A DNA stretch of 35,809 bases from a virus (IMGVR_UViG_3300044448_000545:1-35809), one strand, 5' to 3'. Positions 18,071 through 28,354 are shown, counted from the first letter of the stretch. The notes: generated from the sequence alone by a model not told the origin. Numbers and translations are program-made.

Positions 18071-19264
18071 ATGTCAGAAGAAGTAAAACAAGAAGGAGAG
18101 TTTAAAATAAAAACCCCTTCAAAGCCTAAAAATTTAGGTAATAACACAAGTGAACCTATTAAAGTTAACATGAAAGAACCTTTAGTAGAAGTAGAATCAA
18201 ACGTTACCAAAGTAGTGGTACCAAACGAAGATAAAGAAGATGCCGTTCAAACACAAGAGACAAATGATAGCAATGCTATTATCGAAGAGCCCAAAGACAG
18301 TGGCGACAGCAAAGAAGTGGTTGAAGAAGTACGGACCTCCAGTGAAGAAGTAGAATCTCCTTTAACTGTAATTGAAGATACTGAAGAAGAACAAGATCAA
18401 CCTGAAGTAACTAAAGAAGTAGAGCAAGCTGTACAAGAGCAAAGAGTTTTACCTGAAAATATTGAAAAGCTAGTTTCTTTTATGGAAGAGACTGGCGGTA
18501 CTGTAGAAGACTATGTTAGGCTTAATGCAGATTATACCAATGTTGATAGTAATACTTTAATTAAAGAATATTATAAACAAACTAAACCACATTTAGATTC
18601 AGAAGATGTAAGTCTTTTATTAGAAGACTTTGATTACGATGAAGATATAGATGAACCAAAAGATATACGCAAAAAGAAAATTGCGTTTAAAGAGGAGGCT
18701 GCAAAAGCTAAAAACTTTTTAGAAGATCTTAAGAATAAATATTACGACGAAATCAAGTTGAGACCCGGAGTAACTCAAGATCAACAAAAAGCAACAGACT
18801 TTTTCAACCGATACAACGAAGAGCAAGAAGCTGTGCAAGCAAAGCATAAGGACTTTATAAGCCGTACTAAAAATTTATTAAATAATGATTTCGAAGGTTT
18901 CGATTTTAAAGTTAGTGATAAAAAATTTAGGTATGGTATTAAAAATCCAACACAGGTGGCTGATGCACAATCTGATATTACAAACTTCATTAAGACGTTC
19001 TTAAATGATAAAAATGAAATAACAGATACTAAAGGTTACCACAAAGCTTTATACGCAGCGCGAAATGCTGATACCATAGCACAACATTTTTACGAGCAAG
19101 GCAAAGCTGATGCTATTAAAGATGTTATGGCTAAATCTAAAAACATAAGTAATGAACCTAGGCAAACTGCCTCTGGTGATGTATTTGTTAATGGGTTAAA
19201 GGTAAAAGCAATTAGCGGTCTTGATTCTTCAAAATTAAAAATCAAAACTAAAAAATTTAACTAA
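18071..19264 (+). CDS. Capsid scaffolding protein
   Basis: Acidic, disordered N-terminal third and helical C-terminus. Lies between portal and MCP. Confidence 0.75.
   Translation: MSEEVKQEGEFKIKTPSKPKNLGNNTSEPIKVNMKEPLVEVESNVTKVVVPNEDKEDAVQTQETNDSNAIIEEPKDSGDSKEVVEEVRTSSEEVESPLTVIEDTEEEQDQPEVTKEVEQAVQEQRVLPENIEKLVSFMEETGGTVEDYVRLNADYTNVDSNTLIKEYYKQTKPHLDSEDVSLLLEDFDYDEDIDEPKDIRKKKIAFKEEAAKAKNFLEDLKNKYYDEIKLRPGVTQDQQKATDFFNRYNEEQEAVQAKHKDFISRTKNLLNNDFEGFDFKVSDKKFRYGIKNPTQVADAQSDITNFIKTFLNDKNEITDTKGYHKALYAARNADTIAQHFYEQGKADAIKDVMAKSKNISNEPRQTASGDVFVNGLKVKAISGLDSSKLKIKTKKFN
18240..18353 (+). CDS. Nested +1-frame basic 37-aa protein MPFKHKRQMIAMLLSKSPKTVATAKKWLKKYGPPVKK
   Basis: ATG 18240 with A-rich context, TAG 18351-53. 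Resembles small MPFKS..Q...AK[KR]W phage proteins. Confidence 0.55.
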   Translation: MPFKHKRQMIAMLLSKSPKTVATAKKWLKKYGPPVKK

Positions 19265-19278
19265 CTAAATAATAAATT

Positions 19279-20736
19279 ATGGCTTTAACTCCACAATTTG
19301 GTAGTTTAGTCCCAACTTCAACTCAACAGTTGTTGCCGACAAACTACCTACAATTTAACACAGGTGCTGGCGAAGATTTCGCACAACAGTTTTTACCTGA
19401 GATTTACGAACAAGAAGTAGAGCGTTACGGAAACCGTACACTATCTGGATTCTTGCGTATGGTTGGCGCAGAGATGCCAATGACATCTGACCAAGTTATT
19501 TGGTCTGAACAAAACCGTTTACACATTGCTTATGATAGCTGTACGCTGCCTGGTGGTGGTGTTATACGAGTAGCCCCTGCGGCTGGCGCAGCTACAGTTC
19601 AAAATGTTATTTCTGTAAATGATACAGTAGTAATTTTAGACACTGTAACTGGTGCTGAGCAAAAAGGTATCGTTACAGCTTCTGTACAAGCAGTTGTTGG
19701 TGGTGCTAATGGTGACATTACTGTTACTACTTGGGCAGGCGGTGTTGGTGGTGCTGGACTAACTTCTGGTAGCATCAAAGTATTTGTATATGGTTCTGCT
19801 TATGCAAAAGGAACTAGCATGCTTTCTGGTGGTACTGTTGCTGCTGGAACTCAACCTAGAATTTCTGTTACTCCACAGTTAACTCAATTTTCTAACTCTC
19901 CAATCATTATTAGAGACCAATATGTTATTAGTGGTTCTGATATGGCACAAATTGGTTGGGTGGAAGTTGCTACTGAAGACGGTACTTCTGGATATCTATG
20001 GTATTTAAAAGCTGAATCTGAAACTCGTTTACGTTTTGAAGATTACTTAGAAACAGCTTTAATTGAAGGCGAACTAAGTACTATTGGCGCGGGTGCTGGT
20101 GTTGGTTCAGGTCTTGTTCCTGGTACTCAAGGTTTATTCGCTGCTATTCAAGCTCGTGGTAATGTAGAAGTAGGATTTACTGCTGCTGCTGGACTAGATG
20201 AATTTGATGCGATTCTTAAAAACCTAGATACTCAAGGAGCTATTGAAGAAAACATGTTGTTCTTACAACGTCAAACTTCATTAGACTTTGACGATATGCT
20301 ATCTGCAATTTCAGCTGGTGGTGCTGGCGGTACTGCGTTTGGTCTTTTCGAAAATTCTGAAGAAATGGCATTGAACTTAGGATTCTCTGGATTCCGTAGA
20401 GGTTCTTACGATTTTTATAAGACTGATTGGAAATATCTAAATGACGCTTCTACTCGTGGTGGTGTTACTGGAATCAACTCTATCGAAGGTGTATTAATTC
20501 CTGCTGGAACAAGTACAGTTTACGATCAGATTCTAGGAAGCAACATCCGTCGTCCGTTCTTACACGTACGATATAGAGCTTCACAATCTGATGATCGTCG
20601 TATGAAGTCTTGGCTAACTGGTTCTGCTGGTGGTGCTTTTACCTCAACTCTTGATGCAATGGAAGTAAACTTCCTATCTGAAAGATGTTTGGTAACTCAA
20701 GCGGCTAACAACTTTGTATTATTCAAAGGAGTGTAA
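19279..20736 (+). CDS. Major capsid protein
   Basis: 485 aa after the scaffold, with highly biased codon usage, followed by a terminator. FSGFRRGSYDFYKTDWKYLND and ANNFVLF motifs. Confidence 0.88.
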   Translation: MALTPQFGSLVPTSTQQLLPTNYLQFNTGAGEDFAQQFLPEIYEQEVERYGNRTLSGFLRMVGAEMPMTSDQVIWSEQNRLHIAYDSCTLPGGGVIRVAPAAGAATVQNVISVNDTVVILDTVTGAEQKGIVTASVQAVVGGANGDITVTTWAGGVGGAGLTSGSIKVFVYGSAYAKGTSMLSGGTVAAGTQPRISVTPQLTQFSNSPIIIRDQYVISGSDMAQIGWVEVATEDGTSGYLWYLKAESETRLRFEDYLETALIEGELSTIGAGAGVGSGLVPGTQGLFAAIQARGNVEVGFTAAAGLDEFDAILKNLDTQGAIEENMLFLQRQTSLDFDDMLSAISAGGAGGTAFGLFENSEEMALNLGFSGFRRGSYDFYKTDWKYLNDASTRGGVTGINSIEGVLIPAGTSTVYDQILGSNIRRPFLHVRYRASQSDDRRMKSWLTGSAGGAFTSTLDAMEVNFLSERCLVTQAANNFVLFKGV

Positions 20737-20745
20737 TCACTTATT

Positions 20746-20790
20746 AATATCTGGGGCTACTTAACCGTGGCCCCAAATATTATTTTTTTT
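20746..20790 (+). terminator. Rho-independent terminator after MCP
   Basis: TGGGGCTAC-TTAACC-GTGGCCCCA stem-loop with AATAT/ATATT extension, followed by a T8 tract. Confidence 0.85.
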
Positions 20791-20812
20791 AATTATTTAA
20801 TTTTATTATATC

Positions 20813-21640
20813 ATGGCTAAAGAAGCTAAAGCAGTAGAAACAATTGAGGTTGCACCTCAAAAAACAGTTAAGGCTAAAACTGTAGAACAAAAACCAAGTA
20901 AACCTGAGTGGGAAATTAAAGATCGTATATATTATTTAACAGGTGATAAATCTCCTTTAACTTTAAAAATTCCAGGTAGACACACTAAAAAACATGCGTT
21001 ACTATATTTCGATAATGCTACAGGTAAGCAAAGAGAAATTAGATATGCAACAAACCAAGATTCACCACTTGTTGATGAACAAAAAGGTGAAGTAACTTTA
21101 GGTCACATTATGTTTAGAGACGGATCATTAAACGTACCTAAACAACAACAAAACCTACAAAAATTACTTTCATTATACCACCCTTTAAAAGGTAGATTAT
21201 ACGAAGAGTTTAGTGCTGTTCAAGAAGCAGAAGATGAACTTGATGTTATCGAATTGCAGATCGATGCGCTTAATGCTGCTAAGGCTATGGATATAGATCA
21301 AATAGAAGCTATTATGCGTGTAGAGGTTGGTTCTAAAGTATCTCAGATGAGTTCTAAAGAACTTAAACGTGATTTGTTATTATTTGCTAAAAACAATCCT
21401 AAACTGTTTGTAGAATTAGCAAATGATGAAAATGTACAACTAAGAAATGTAGCTATTGTAGCTTGTGAAAATGGTATTATTTTACTTTCACAAGATCAAA
21501 GAACATTTACTTGGGGTAGCAATGGAAGAAAATTAATGAATATACCGTTTGATGAAAACCCATACTCAGCAATGGCTGCGTGGTTTAAAACAGACGAAGG
21601 CGTAGAAGTCTATAAATCAATAGAGAAAAAACTTCTCTAA
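20813..21640 (+). CDS. Conserved hypothetical protein after MCP
   Basis: 275-aa well-formed ORF with its own T/A-rich leader. Confidence 0.8.
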   Translation: MAKEAKAVETIEVAPQKTVKAKTVEQKPSKPEWEIKDRIYYLTGDKSPLTLKIPGRHTKKHALLYFDNATGKQREIRYATNQDSPLVDEQKGEVTLGHIMFRDGSLNVPKQQQNLQKLLSLYHPLKGRLYEEFSAVQEAEDELDVIELQIDALNAAKAMDIDQIEAIMRVEVGSKVSQMSSKELKRDLLLFAKNNPKLFVELANDENVQLRNVAIVACENGIILLSQDQRTFTWGSNGRKLMNIPFDENPYSAMAAWFKTDEGVEVYKSIEKKLL

Positions 21641-21680
21641 CGTGTAATAATATATCAGGGCGTGTAATGCGCCCTGTATA
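21641..21680 (+). promoter_or_regulatory. Promoter-like motif (GTGTAATAATATA) followed by GC-rich hairpin
   Basis: CAGGGCGT-GTAAT-GCGCCCTG (21656-21676) is followed by A-rich rather than T-rich sequence. CGTGTAAT occurs twice, 20 nt apart. Confidence 0.45.
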
Positions 21681-21696
21681 TAAATAAAAAAAATCA

Positions 21697-22473
21697 ATGG
21701 CAATAAACGTAGATACAGTATATAAAACTGTCTTGTTGATATTAAACAAAGAACAGCGTGGTTATATGACGCCTGATGAGTTTAATAAAATTGGTTCTCA
21801 AGTCCAGTTAGAAATATTTAAAAACTATTTTAACAGCTTAAACCAACAACTAAGAGTTCCTCAAGCTGATATAGACTATGCAGATAGGCATTTAAGTATT
21901 GATGCAGATATATCTATATTTGAAACGTTTGGCAACGCCACGTATAATGCTGTTGGATCTTACTGGGAATTACCTACAGTAGATACATATAGCAATAATA
22001 TTATTTATAGCGGTAATACGTTAGCCGCTAATCAAGTTTATTTCTACGAACTTGGAACCGTAGTATATAATAACGAATACGGTAAATCAATAGAGTTACA
22101 AAGACTACAACGTAACGAATTTTATAACATTCAATTATCTCCTTTAACAGAGTCTACAAAAAGTTTTCCTACTTATCTTTATGAAAACCAAAAGTTGTAT
22201 GTGCGACCTACTACTATAACTAGTACTAATCAATCTATAACTGTTAACTTTTTAAGAACTCCTAAAAATATTACTTGGAACTATTCTACAGGCGGACAAG
22301 GCCAATACATTTTTAATGCTAATGGTTCTCAAAATTTTGAATTATCAAATCCAGAACAAACAGAAGTTATTACTAAAATATTATTTTATGCTGGTGTAAT
22401 TATAAGAGATCCTCAAATAATACAAGTTGCAGCTTCTCAAATACAAAAAGAAGAAGCAAACTCAAAAAGCTAA
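21697..22473 (+). CDS. Head-tail adaptor/ring protein
   Basis: VLLILNKEQRGYMTPDEFN..Q N-terminus and YLYENQKLYVRP...VNFLRTP pattern of podoviral ring proteins. Positional support. Confidence 0.65.
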   Translation: MAINVDTVYKTVLLILNKEQRGYMTPDEFNKIGSQVQLEIFKNYFNSLNQQLRVPQADIDYADRHLSIDADISIFETFGNATYNAVGSYWELPTVDTYSNNIIYSGNTLAANQVYFYELGTVVYNNEYGKSIELQRLQRNEFYNIQLSPLTESTKSFPTYLYENQKLYVRPTTITSTNQSITVNFLRTPKNITWNYSTGGQGQYIFNANGSQNFELSNPEQTEVITKILFYAGVIIRDPQIIQVAASQIQKEEANSKS

Positions 22474-22476
22474 CAC

Positions 22477-23700
22477 ATGGCATTACTTACAGAAAACAAT
22501 AGACAGTATTACGAAGGCGCACAGTCATTTACAGCTGATGCAGGCGGGACAGTTGGGCAAAGTTTTACAACTACATTTAATACAGATTTAATTTTTAAAT
22601 CTTTTAACCCGCAAGATGTAATTTATGCTCAAAATAATTTTAAATTATACAGTAGTACTACAGGCGCTGCTGGTAGTTACTCCGAATTTACATCTGCATA
22701 TACTGTTTCTGGTAATACTATAACTGTAACAGGAGCTTTAGCTGCTAATTTAATTTTAGTTGTACAACTTAAAAAATTAGATGGTGGTAACTATGGTAAT
22801 TTAATAACTGATAAAGCTTTTGGAACTACCGTTGAAGATAATTACGGATCATATTCTTATATAAAACTAAACGAAGTTATAAATAATTTTTTAATAGCTT
22901 ATGTAGGGGCTGGAAAATTAATACCAAGTGTAAAACGTACTGATATTATTTTTCATGCAAAACGCGCATTACAAGAGTTTAGCTACGACACGCTTAAAAG
23001 TAAAAAGTCGCAAGAACTTACTATTCCTAAAAATTTAAGCGTACCCTTACCGCAGGATTACGTTAATTATGTAAACATATATTGGGTAGACCAAGCGGGT
23101 CGTCAGCATATTATAATGCCTACCAACAACTTACATCAAAGCCCTACAGAACTACCTGTTCAAGACACTAGCGGGGTTCCTATTCAAGATAATTTTGACG
23201 ATAATATAGAAACAGGTAATTCTATTATAGACGACAGGTGGGCTACTAACAATTTAGATAAAGAAACAAATTTATTAAATGATTCTTTTGCAGCTGCTGA
23301 GTTTTTTAATGATTACATTGGTATGGTTGGGTACGGCCAGCAATATGGATTAGAACCTCAGTATGCTAATATGAACGGTTATTTTAATATCAATGATAGA
23401 ATAAATAAAATATCTTTTTCTAATAACTTAGTTGATAAAATAATAAACTTAGAATATATATCAGATGGTCTTTCGAGTGATTTAGATACTGAAATACCTA
23501 AGATGGCTGAAGAAGCTATGTATGCTTATATTATTCATGCTATAATTTCTACAAGAATAAACCAGCCTGAATATATAGTACAAAGACTTAAAAAAGAAAA
23601 GTCTGCAAAACTACGTAACGCTAAAATACGTTTATCTAATATTAAGCTAAACGAGTTCGTGCAAGTTATGCGTGGTAAATCTAAATGGATAAAACACTAG
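22477..23700 (+). CDS. Second tail ring/tubular protein with N-terminal beta insertion
   Basis: AKRALQEFSYD...VPLPQDYVNYV...LEYISDG...EEAMYAYI motifs. Confidence 0.65.
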   Translation: MALLTENNRQYYEGAQSFTADAGGTVGQSFTTTFNTDLIFKSFNPQDVIYAQNNFKLYSSTTGAAGSYSEFTSAYTVSGNTITVTGALAANLILVVQLKKLDGGNYGNLITDKAFGTTVEDNYGSYSYIKLNEVINNFLIAYVGAGKLIPSVKRTDIIFHAKRALQEFSYDTLKSKKSQELTIPKNLSVPLPQDYVNYVNIYWVDQAGRQHIIMPTNNLHQSPTELPVQDTSGVPIQDNFDDNIETGNSIIDDRWATNNLDKETNLLNDSFAAAEFFNDYIGMVGYGQQYGLEPQYANMNGYFNINDRINKISFSNNLVDKIINLEYISDGLSSDLDTEIPKMAEEAMYAYIIHAIISTRINQPEYIVQRLKKEKSAKLRNAKIRLSNIKLNEFVQVMRGKSKWIKH

Positions 23701-23706
23701 AATTAA

Positions 23707-26700
23707 ATGGCTGAAGTTAAAAATGCTTTCATTAAGTCTAAAATGAATAAAGACTTAGATGATAGACTAATACCTAATGGCGAATATCGCGACGCGCAGA
23801 ACGTGCAGATTAGTAAATCACAAGGTCCTGATGTAGGTGCTTTGGAAAGTGTTTATGGTAATGAACTGACTAAAAACTTTGCGTCGGCATTAAAAACGCC
23901 TACAGCTACAGTAGATCCAAATATAAAATGTATTGGTAATTTTGTAGATGATTTTAATAATATTATTTATAGTTTTTGGACAGACAATACCGGTGAAATA
24001 TTAAATGGAGCTAATGGCACGCCTAATATACCAAATGGTTATTTACCCGTAGGAGCTATAGGTAGTTTGGCTATAGTAGCTGCTGGTACTGGTTATACAG
24101 TAGGTGACGAAATTAGTGTTGATGGAAATTTTGGAGCTTCTGGTTATAACGCTAATGTTACAGTTGCTTCTGTAGATGGAAGCGGAGGAGTAACAAACGT
24201 TGATATTAATTTTCCTGGACAACTTTTTCAAAACGGTTTAGGTAATAACTCTACAGGTTTAGCTAACGGTTTGATTTTAAAACTTACAGGTTTATTAGGT
24301 AATAATTTTATAACTTCTTACAGTCCTCAGAGTGGTGCTTTTAGGGTAATAGCTACAGGAAACTTTTTAAACTTTTCTCAAAAAAATCCTATTATAGGAG
24401 TTAATTTGTTAGAAAACTTATTATTCTTTACAGACAATAGAAACCAACCTAGAAAAGTAAACATAACAAGAGGAGGTAATACTCCAGCTGCAGCTACTTA
24501 TTATACTACAGAAGATCAAATATCTGTAGCTAAATATAATCCTTATGAACCAATACGACTTTACCAATTAAGTGCGTTAGCAGCTGCAAAGGCTACTGCT
24601 ACGGGCGCTGCTTCTAATGTAAGTACTATAAGCGTAACGTCTATATCTGGTAATATAAAAGTAGGGCAATTAGTAACAGGTTCAGGAGTTTTACCAAATA
24701 CTTTTGTTTCAGGATTTTCAAGTCCAAGCGTTACGTTTAACAAGCAACAAAATTTTAGCAGCACTACACTTACGTTCACAAGTTACGAAACTGCTATGAA
24801 AGACGTGGTAAGTCCTAACATTCCTCTTGCTACTAGCGGAACCACTAACCCGTATTTAATAACAAATTATACAGGTGATGTAGATTTTTTAGAAGATAAA
24901 TTTGCTAAGTTTAGTTATAGATTTAGATTTGATGATGGCGAATATTCTATATTTGCACCTTTTACTCAAACAACTTTTATACCTAAACAAGATGGTTATT
25001 TTATAAACAATAATGAGCAGTCAGCCATAGAAAGCACTGTAGTTCAGTTTATGGAAAACAAAATTAACTATATACAGTTAAATTTACCTTTACCATCTAG
25101 CGGTGCTACACTTGTAGATACTTTTAAAATTACAGAAGTAGATATTTTATACAAAGAATCAGATTCTTTAGCTGTTCAAGTTATAGAAACTTTACCTGTT
25201 AGTAGAGTCGTTGCAGGCGCTGCGTCTACTAATATTTTTACATACAATTATTTAGGTACTAAGCCTTTTAAAACTTTACCAGAAGATGAGTTAATACGTG
25301 TGTTTGATAAAATACCAGTAAAAGCATTTAGTCAAGAGCTTGCTAGCAATAGAGTTATATATGGTAATTTCCAAAACAAACATACACCGCCATCTAGTAT
25401 AAACTACCAAGTTGCTACAAATGAAAAATTTGAAATACAAAATTTAAATAGCAATAAAGGTGTAGTTGCTTACCCAAACTCTTCATTAAAAGAAAATAGA
25501 AATTATCAAGCTGGTTTTGTTTTATCAGATAGATTTGGTAGACAATCATCTGTTTTGTTATCTACAAATGATTCAGATACATTAACTGCTAACGGTTTTG
25601 GTGCGTCAACTGTTTTTAATCCTTATCAAACCCCTGGAAGTTCTATAACTTGGAGAGGTGATTCTTTGAAAATAGAAGTTTTATCTGAAATAACTAGTGG
25701 TATAAATGGAAATGATACTACTAGTAATTCTGATGTTAGAATTGCTAATCCAGAAACAGGTGAACCTGGTCTTTATAATAATTTTACTACTGATTATGAT
25801 TACAATCCTTTAGGTTGGTATAGCTATAAAATTGTAGTACAACAAAAAGAACAAGAGTATTATAACGTATATTTGCCTGGTATAGTTAAAGGTCCTTTAG
25901 ATACAACAGGAGGAACTGCGTTTGAACAATTGACAAGTCAAACAACTTTGTTTAACGATAATATAAATAAAGTTCCTAGAGATTTATCTGAAGTAGGGCC
26001 TGATCAACGTCAGTTTAGAAGTTCTGTGCAATTATTTGGTAGAGTTCAAAACACAACAGCTGGTGGTGCTTATAGCACTGTAGGTAACGAGCAGTACAAT
26101 CCTAATATTAGTGCTACAGACTTAGTACCACAAAGCATAACTGTAAACGTAATATCAGATTTAAAAGATTTATTTGATGTTGATGGTGTAATTCCTCCAG
26201 TGACAACCACTACAACTGGCGCGGTTAACATATTTTACGACGCTTCATCAAATCCTCTTATAGGTAAAATGATTAGTACAAAAGCAAGTGGTATAGGTAC
26301 AGCGCAAGGAGCTGGACAACCTTATCCTCAAATGAATCAATTAGCAATACTTGAAACAGAACCTGTTGAAAGCAGATTGGATTTATTTTTTGAAACAAGC
26401 ACTGCTGGGCTAATATCTGTTTTAAACCCACAGGTTAATAACAATCAAGGCGCTAGTAATTTTAATGCTTGGAATTATTTGCAAACAGAAGCTATGGCAT
26501 CTGCTAGTACAATTGTAAACGCTTCTACTACAGCACCTTATACTGGTTATTTTTATCCTCAAACAGCTTTAGGAGTTCAAATACCTACATATACTATTAG
26601 TAATTTTAAAGTATTAAAAAGCGGTGGGTCTAATATTACTAGTAGATTTACTTTAACTAAAAGTACTATAACAGTAGGTGGTTCACCAAAAGACGTGTTA

Positions 26701-28332
26701 AGACTTACTACTAACGACGTGTTTTATTACGCCCCTGGTTCTAGCGCTACAGAAAATTACACTTTTAGTGTTGACGTAACTGATGCGGCAGGTATAACTA
26801 ATACTATAGTAAAAACTGGAAACTTAACAAACATAGCTCCTACTATAACAAATTGCACAACGCCCGTTACTATAGGCGCTGGTGATACTACGGTTAAAAC
26901 ATTTGCTGCTGTTAATGGTGCTATTGCAGCTACTGGTCAACAAGCTAGTGATTTGGTTTGGTCTATACAATCGCAACAACAAAATGGCTTAGACGTTACT
27001 GTGTTCAGTATAAATAGCTCTGGCTTATTGACAGTTTCAAATGGCATAGGCGCTTATGATGTAACTGTAAGAGTGATTGATGCGGGTGGAACAGCTGGAT
27101 TTTTAACTGCTGATTGTACTTTTGTTGTAAATGTAGGTGTGCCTCCAGTTGATAGTAATTTTAACCAAGGAATAACATTAGAAGCTTTTGATGGGGAATA
27201 TAATCTTTTAGCTTTTGTAGATAGTGACACTGATGTAACTGATAGTTCATTACTAGCAACACCTCCCGTGCCAAAGATATATTCTTTCACAACTCTAGTT
27301 CCAGGGTCTGGATATACAGACACTACTGATTTATCAACTACTGTTTTGCCTTTAGGTGGTACTGGTTTAAAAGTAAACCAAGTTTTAGCAGGTGGCGCTA
27401 TACAGAGTTTATCTGTAGAAGAAGCTGGTAGTGGTTATTCTTTAAATGACATAATAACAGTTGTTGAAGGTGCTAATACTACTGGTGGTGCTACAATAAA
27501 TGGTATACCTTTTTCTGCTTCAGATCCTACAGTTGCAACTAATTTTTTATGTACATCACCATCTAACAAATATACTCAAACAGGTAATATATATGTTAAA
27601 AATAATTTAAAAGGAGCTTTAACACAAGGTCAATTCTTTGTTAGTATGTCTGTTTTTAATGCTGATGTGAGTTCAACAGTTGCTTTAGTTAACGCTCCAG
27701 TTGTTCAGTATAGAGCTAATAGTAGTGCTACTTGGATAAACGCTACAGATGTTAACGGTGTAAGTTCTAATCTTAATGGACAGTGGTTGGGTATAAAAGG
27801 TGGTATGACTAGCAATACTGGTCCTACTACCGCTGGTAATTTTGAAGTTACAAATAGCGGTAGTTCAAATCAAACTGGTACTAAAATACAAGTATTCGGT
27901 GTTGGAGGTTCTAGTAATGGCGCTGGAGAATATAGAATTATACAACCAAACCTTAATGGTACTAATCTTCAATATCCTAGTTGTAGTGGCAGCGTAAGTT
28001 CTTCTACAACAATGACAACTGAAGTTGGTGATGCTAATTACCCTCAAATAGGCACAGGTCCGCTTTATTATGAGTATAAAATATCTGCAGTTGGCGCAAA
28101 TTGTTCTAGTAGCATGCCTACAACTGTTTACGCTAGAGAAAGAATAACTAAATACGTTACTCAACTATATAGCAACACTAGCTTAACACAGGTAAAAACA
28201 TTAACAAGTGGTACTTACAGATTCCAAAGACCGTCTGTAAACTTAGAACAAAATAAAGACGGTGCTTATACAGCTACATTTAACGCTTCTGGACTTAGAA
28301 CAACAGCGTCAAGTCCTTGTGTATATACTTAA
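23707..28332 (+). CDS. Tail nozzle/stabilization (muzzle-like) protein, N-terminal part with accessory beta domains
   Basis: SKMNKDLDDRLIPNGEYRDAQNV N-terminus, LLFFTDNRNQPRKVNI, FSYRFRFDDGEYS and NRVIYGN. Gly/Thr-rich Ig/cadherin-like C-terminal extension. Confidence 0.75.
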   Translation: MAEVKNAFIKSKMNKDLDDRLIPNGEYRDAQNVQISKSQGPDVGALESVYGNELTKNFASALKTPTATVDPNIKCIGNFVDDFNNIIYSFWTDNTGEILNGANGTPNIPNGYLPVGAIGSLAIVAAGTGYTVGDEISVDGNFGASGYNANVTVASVDGSGGVTNVDINFPGQLFQNGLGNNSTGLANGLILKLTGLLGNNFITSYSPQSGAFRVIATGNFLNFSQKNPIIGVNLLENLLFFTDNRNQPRKVNITRGGNTPAAATYYTTEDQISVAKYNPYEPIRLYQLSALAAAKATATGAASNVSTISVTSISGNIKVGQLVTGSGVLPNTFVSGFSSPSVTFNKQQNFSSTTLTFTSYETAMKDVVSPNIPLATSGTTNPYLITNYTGDVDFLEDKFAKFSYRFRFDDGEYSIFAPFTQTTFIPKQDGYFINNNEQSAIESTVVQFMENKINYIQLNLPLPSSGATLVDTFKITEVDILYKESDSLAVQVIETLPVSRVVAGAASTNIFTYNYLGTKPFKTLPEDELIRVFDKIPVKAFSQELASNRVIYGNFQNKHTPPSSINYQVATNEKFEIQNLNSNKGVVAYPNSSLKENRNYQAGFVLSDRFGRQSSVLLSTNDSDTLTANGFGASTVFNPYQTPGSSITWRGDSLKIEVLSEITSGINGNDTTSNSDVRIANPETGEPGLYNNFTTDYDYNPLGWYSYKIVVQQKEQEYYNVYLPGIVKGPLDTTGGTAFEQLTSQTTLFNDNINKVPRDLSEVGPDQRQFRSSVQLFGRVQNTTAGGAYSTVGNEQYNPNISATDLVPQSITVNVISDLKDLFDVDGVIPPVTTTTTGAVNIFYDASSNPLIGKMISTKASGIGTAQGAGQPYPQMNQLAILETEPVESRLDLFFETSTAGLISVLNPQVNNNQGASNFNAWNYLQTEAMASASTIVNASTTAPYTGYFYPQTALGVQIPTYTISNFKVLKSGGSNITSRFTLTKSTITVGGSPKDVLRLTTNDVFYYAPGSSATENYTFSVDVTDAAGITNTIVKTGNLTNIAPTITNCTTPVTIGAGDTTVKTFAAVNGAIAATGQQASDLVWSIQSQQQNGLDVTVFSINSSGLLTVSNGIGAYDVTVRVIDAGGTAGFLTADCTFVVNVGVPPVDSNFNQGITLEAFDGEYNLLAFVDSDTDVTDSSLLATPPVPKIYSFTTLVPGSGYTDTTDLSTTVLPLGGTGLKVNQVLAGGAIQSLSVEEAGSGYSLNDIITVVEGANTTGGATINGIPFSASDPTVATNFLCTSPSNKYTQTGNIYVKNNLKGALTQGQFFVSMSVFNADVSSTVALVNAPVVQYRANSSATWINATDVNGVSSNLNGQWLGIKGGMTSNTGPTTAGNFEVTNSGSSNQTGTKIQVFGVGGSSNGAGEYRIIQPNLNGTNLQYPSCSGSVSSSTTMTTEVGDANYPQIGTGPLYYEYKISAVGANCSSSMPTTVYARERITKYVTQLYSNTSLTQVKTLTSGTYRFQRPSVNLEQNKDGAYTATFNASGLRTTASSPCVYT

Positions 28333-28337
28333 ATAAT

Positions 28338-28352
28338 CAAGTGATAATATAA
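28338..28352 (+). promoter_or_regulatory. Putative phage promoter motif CAAGTGATAATATAA
   Basis: Occupies most of a 22-nt intergenic gap. 13/15 match to 5463-5477. Confidence 0.45.
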
Positions 28353-28354
28353 TA

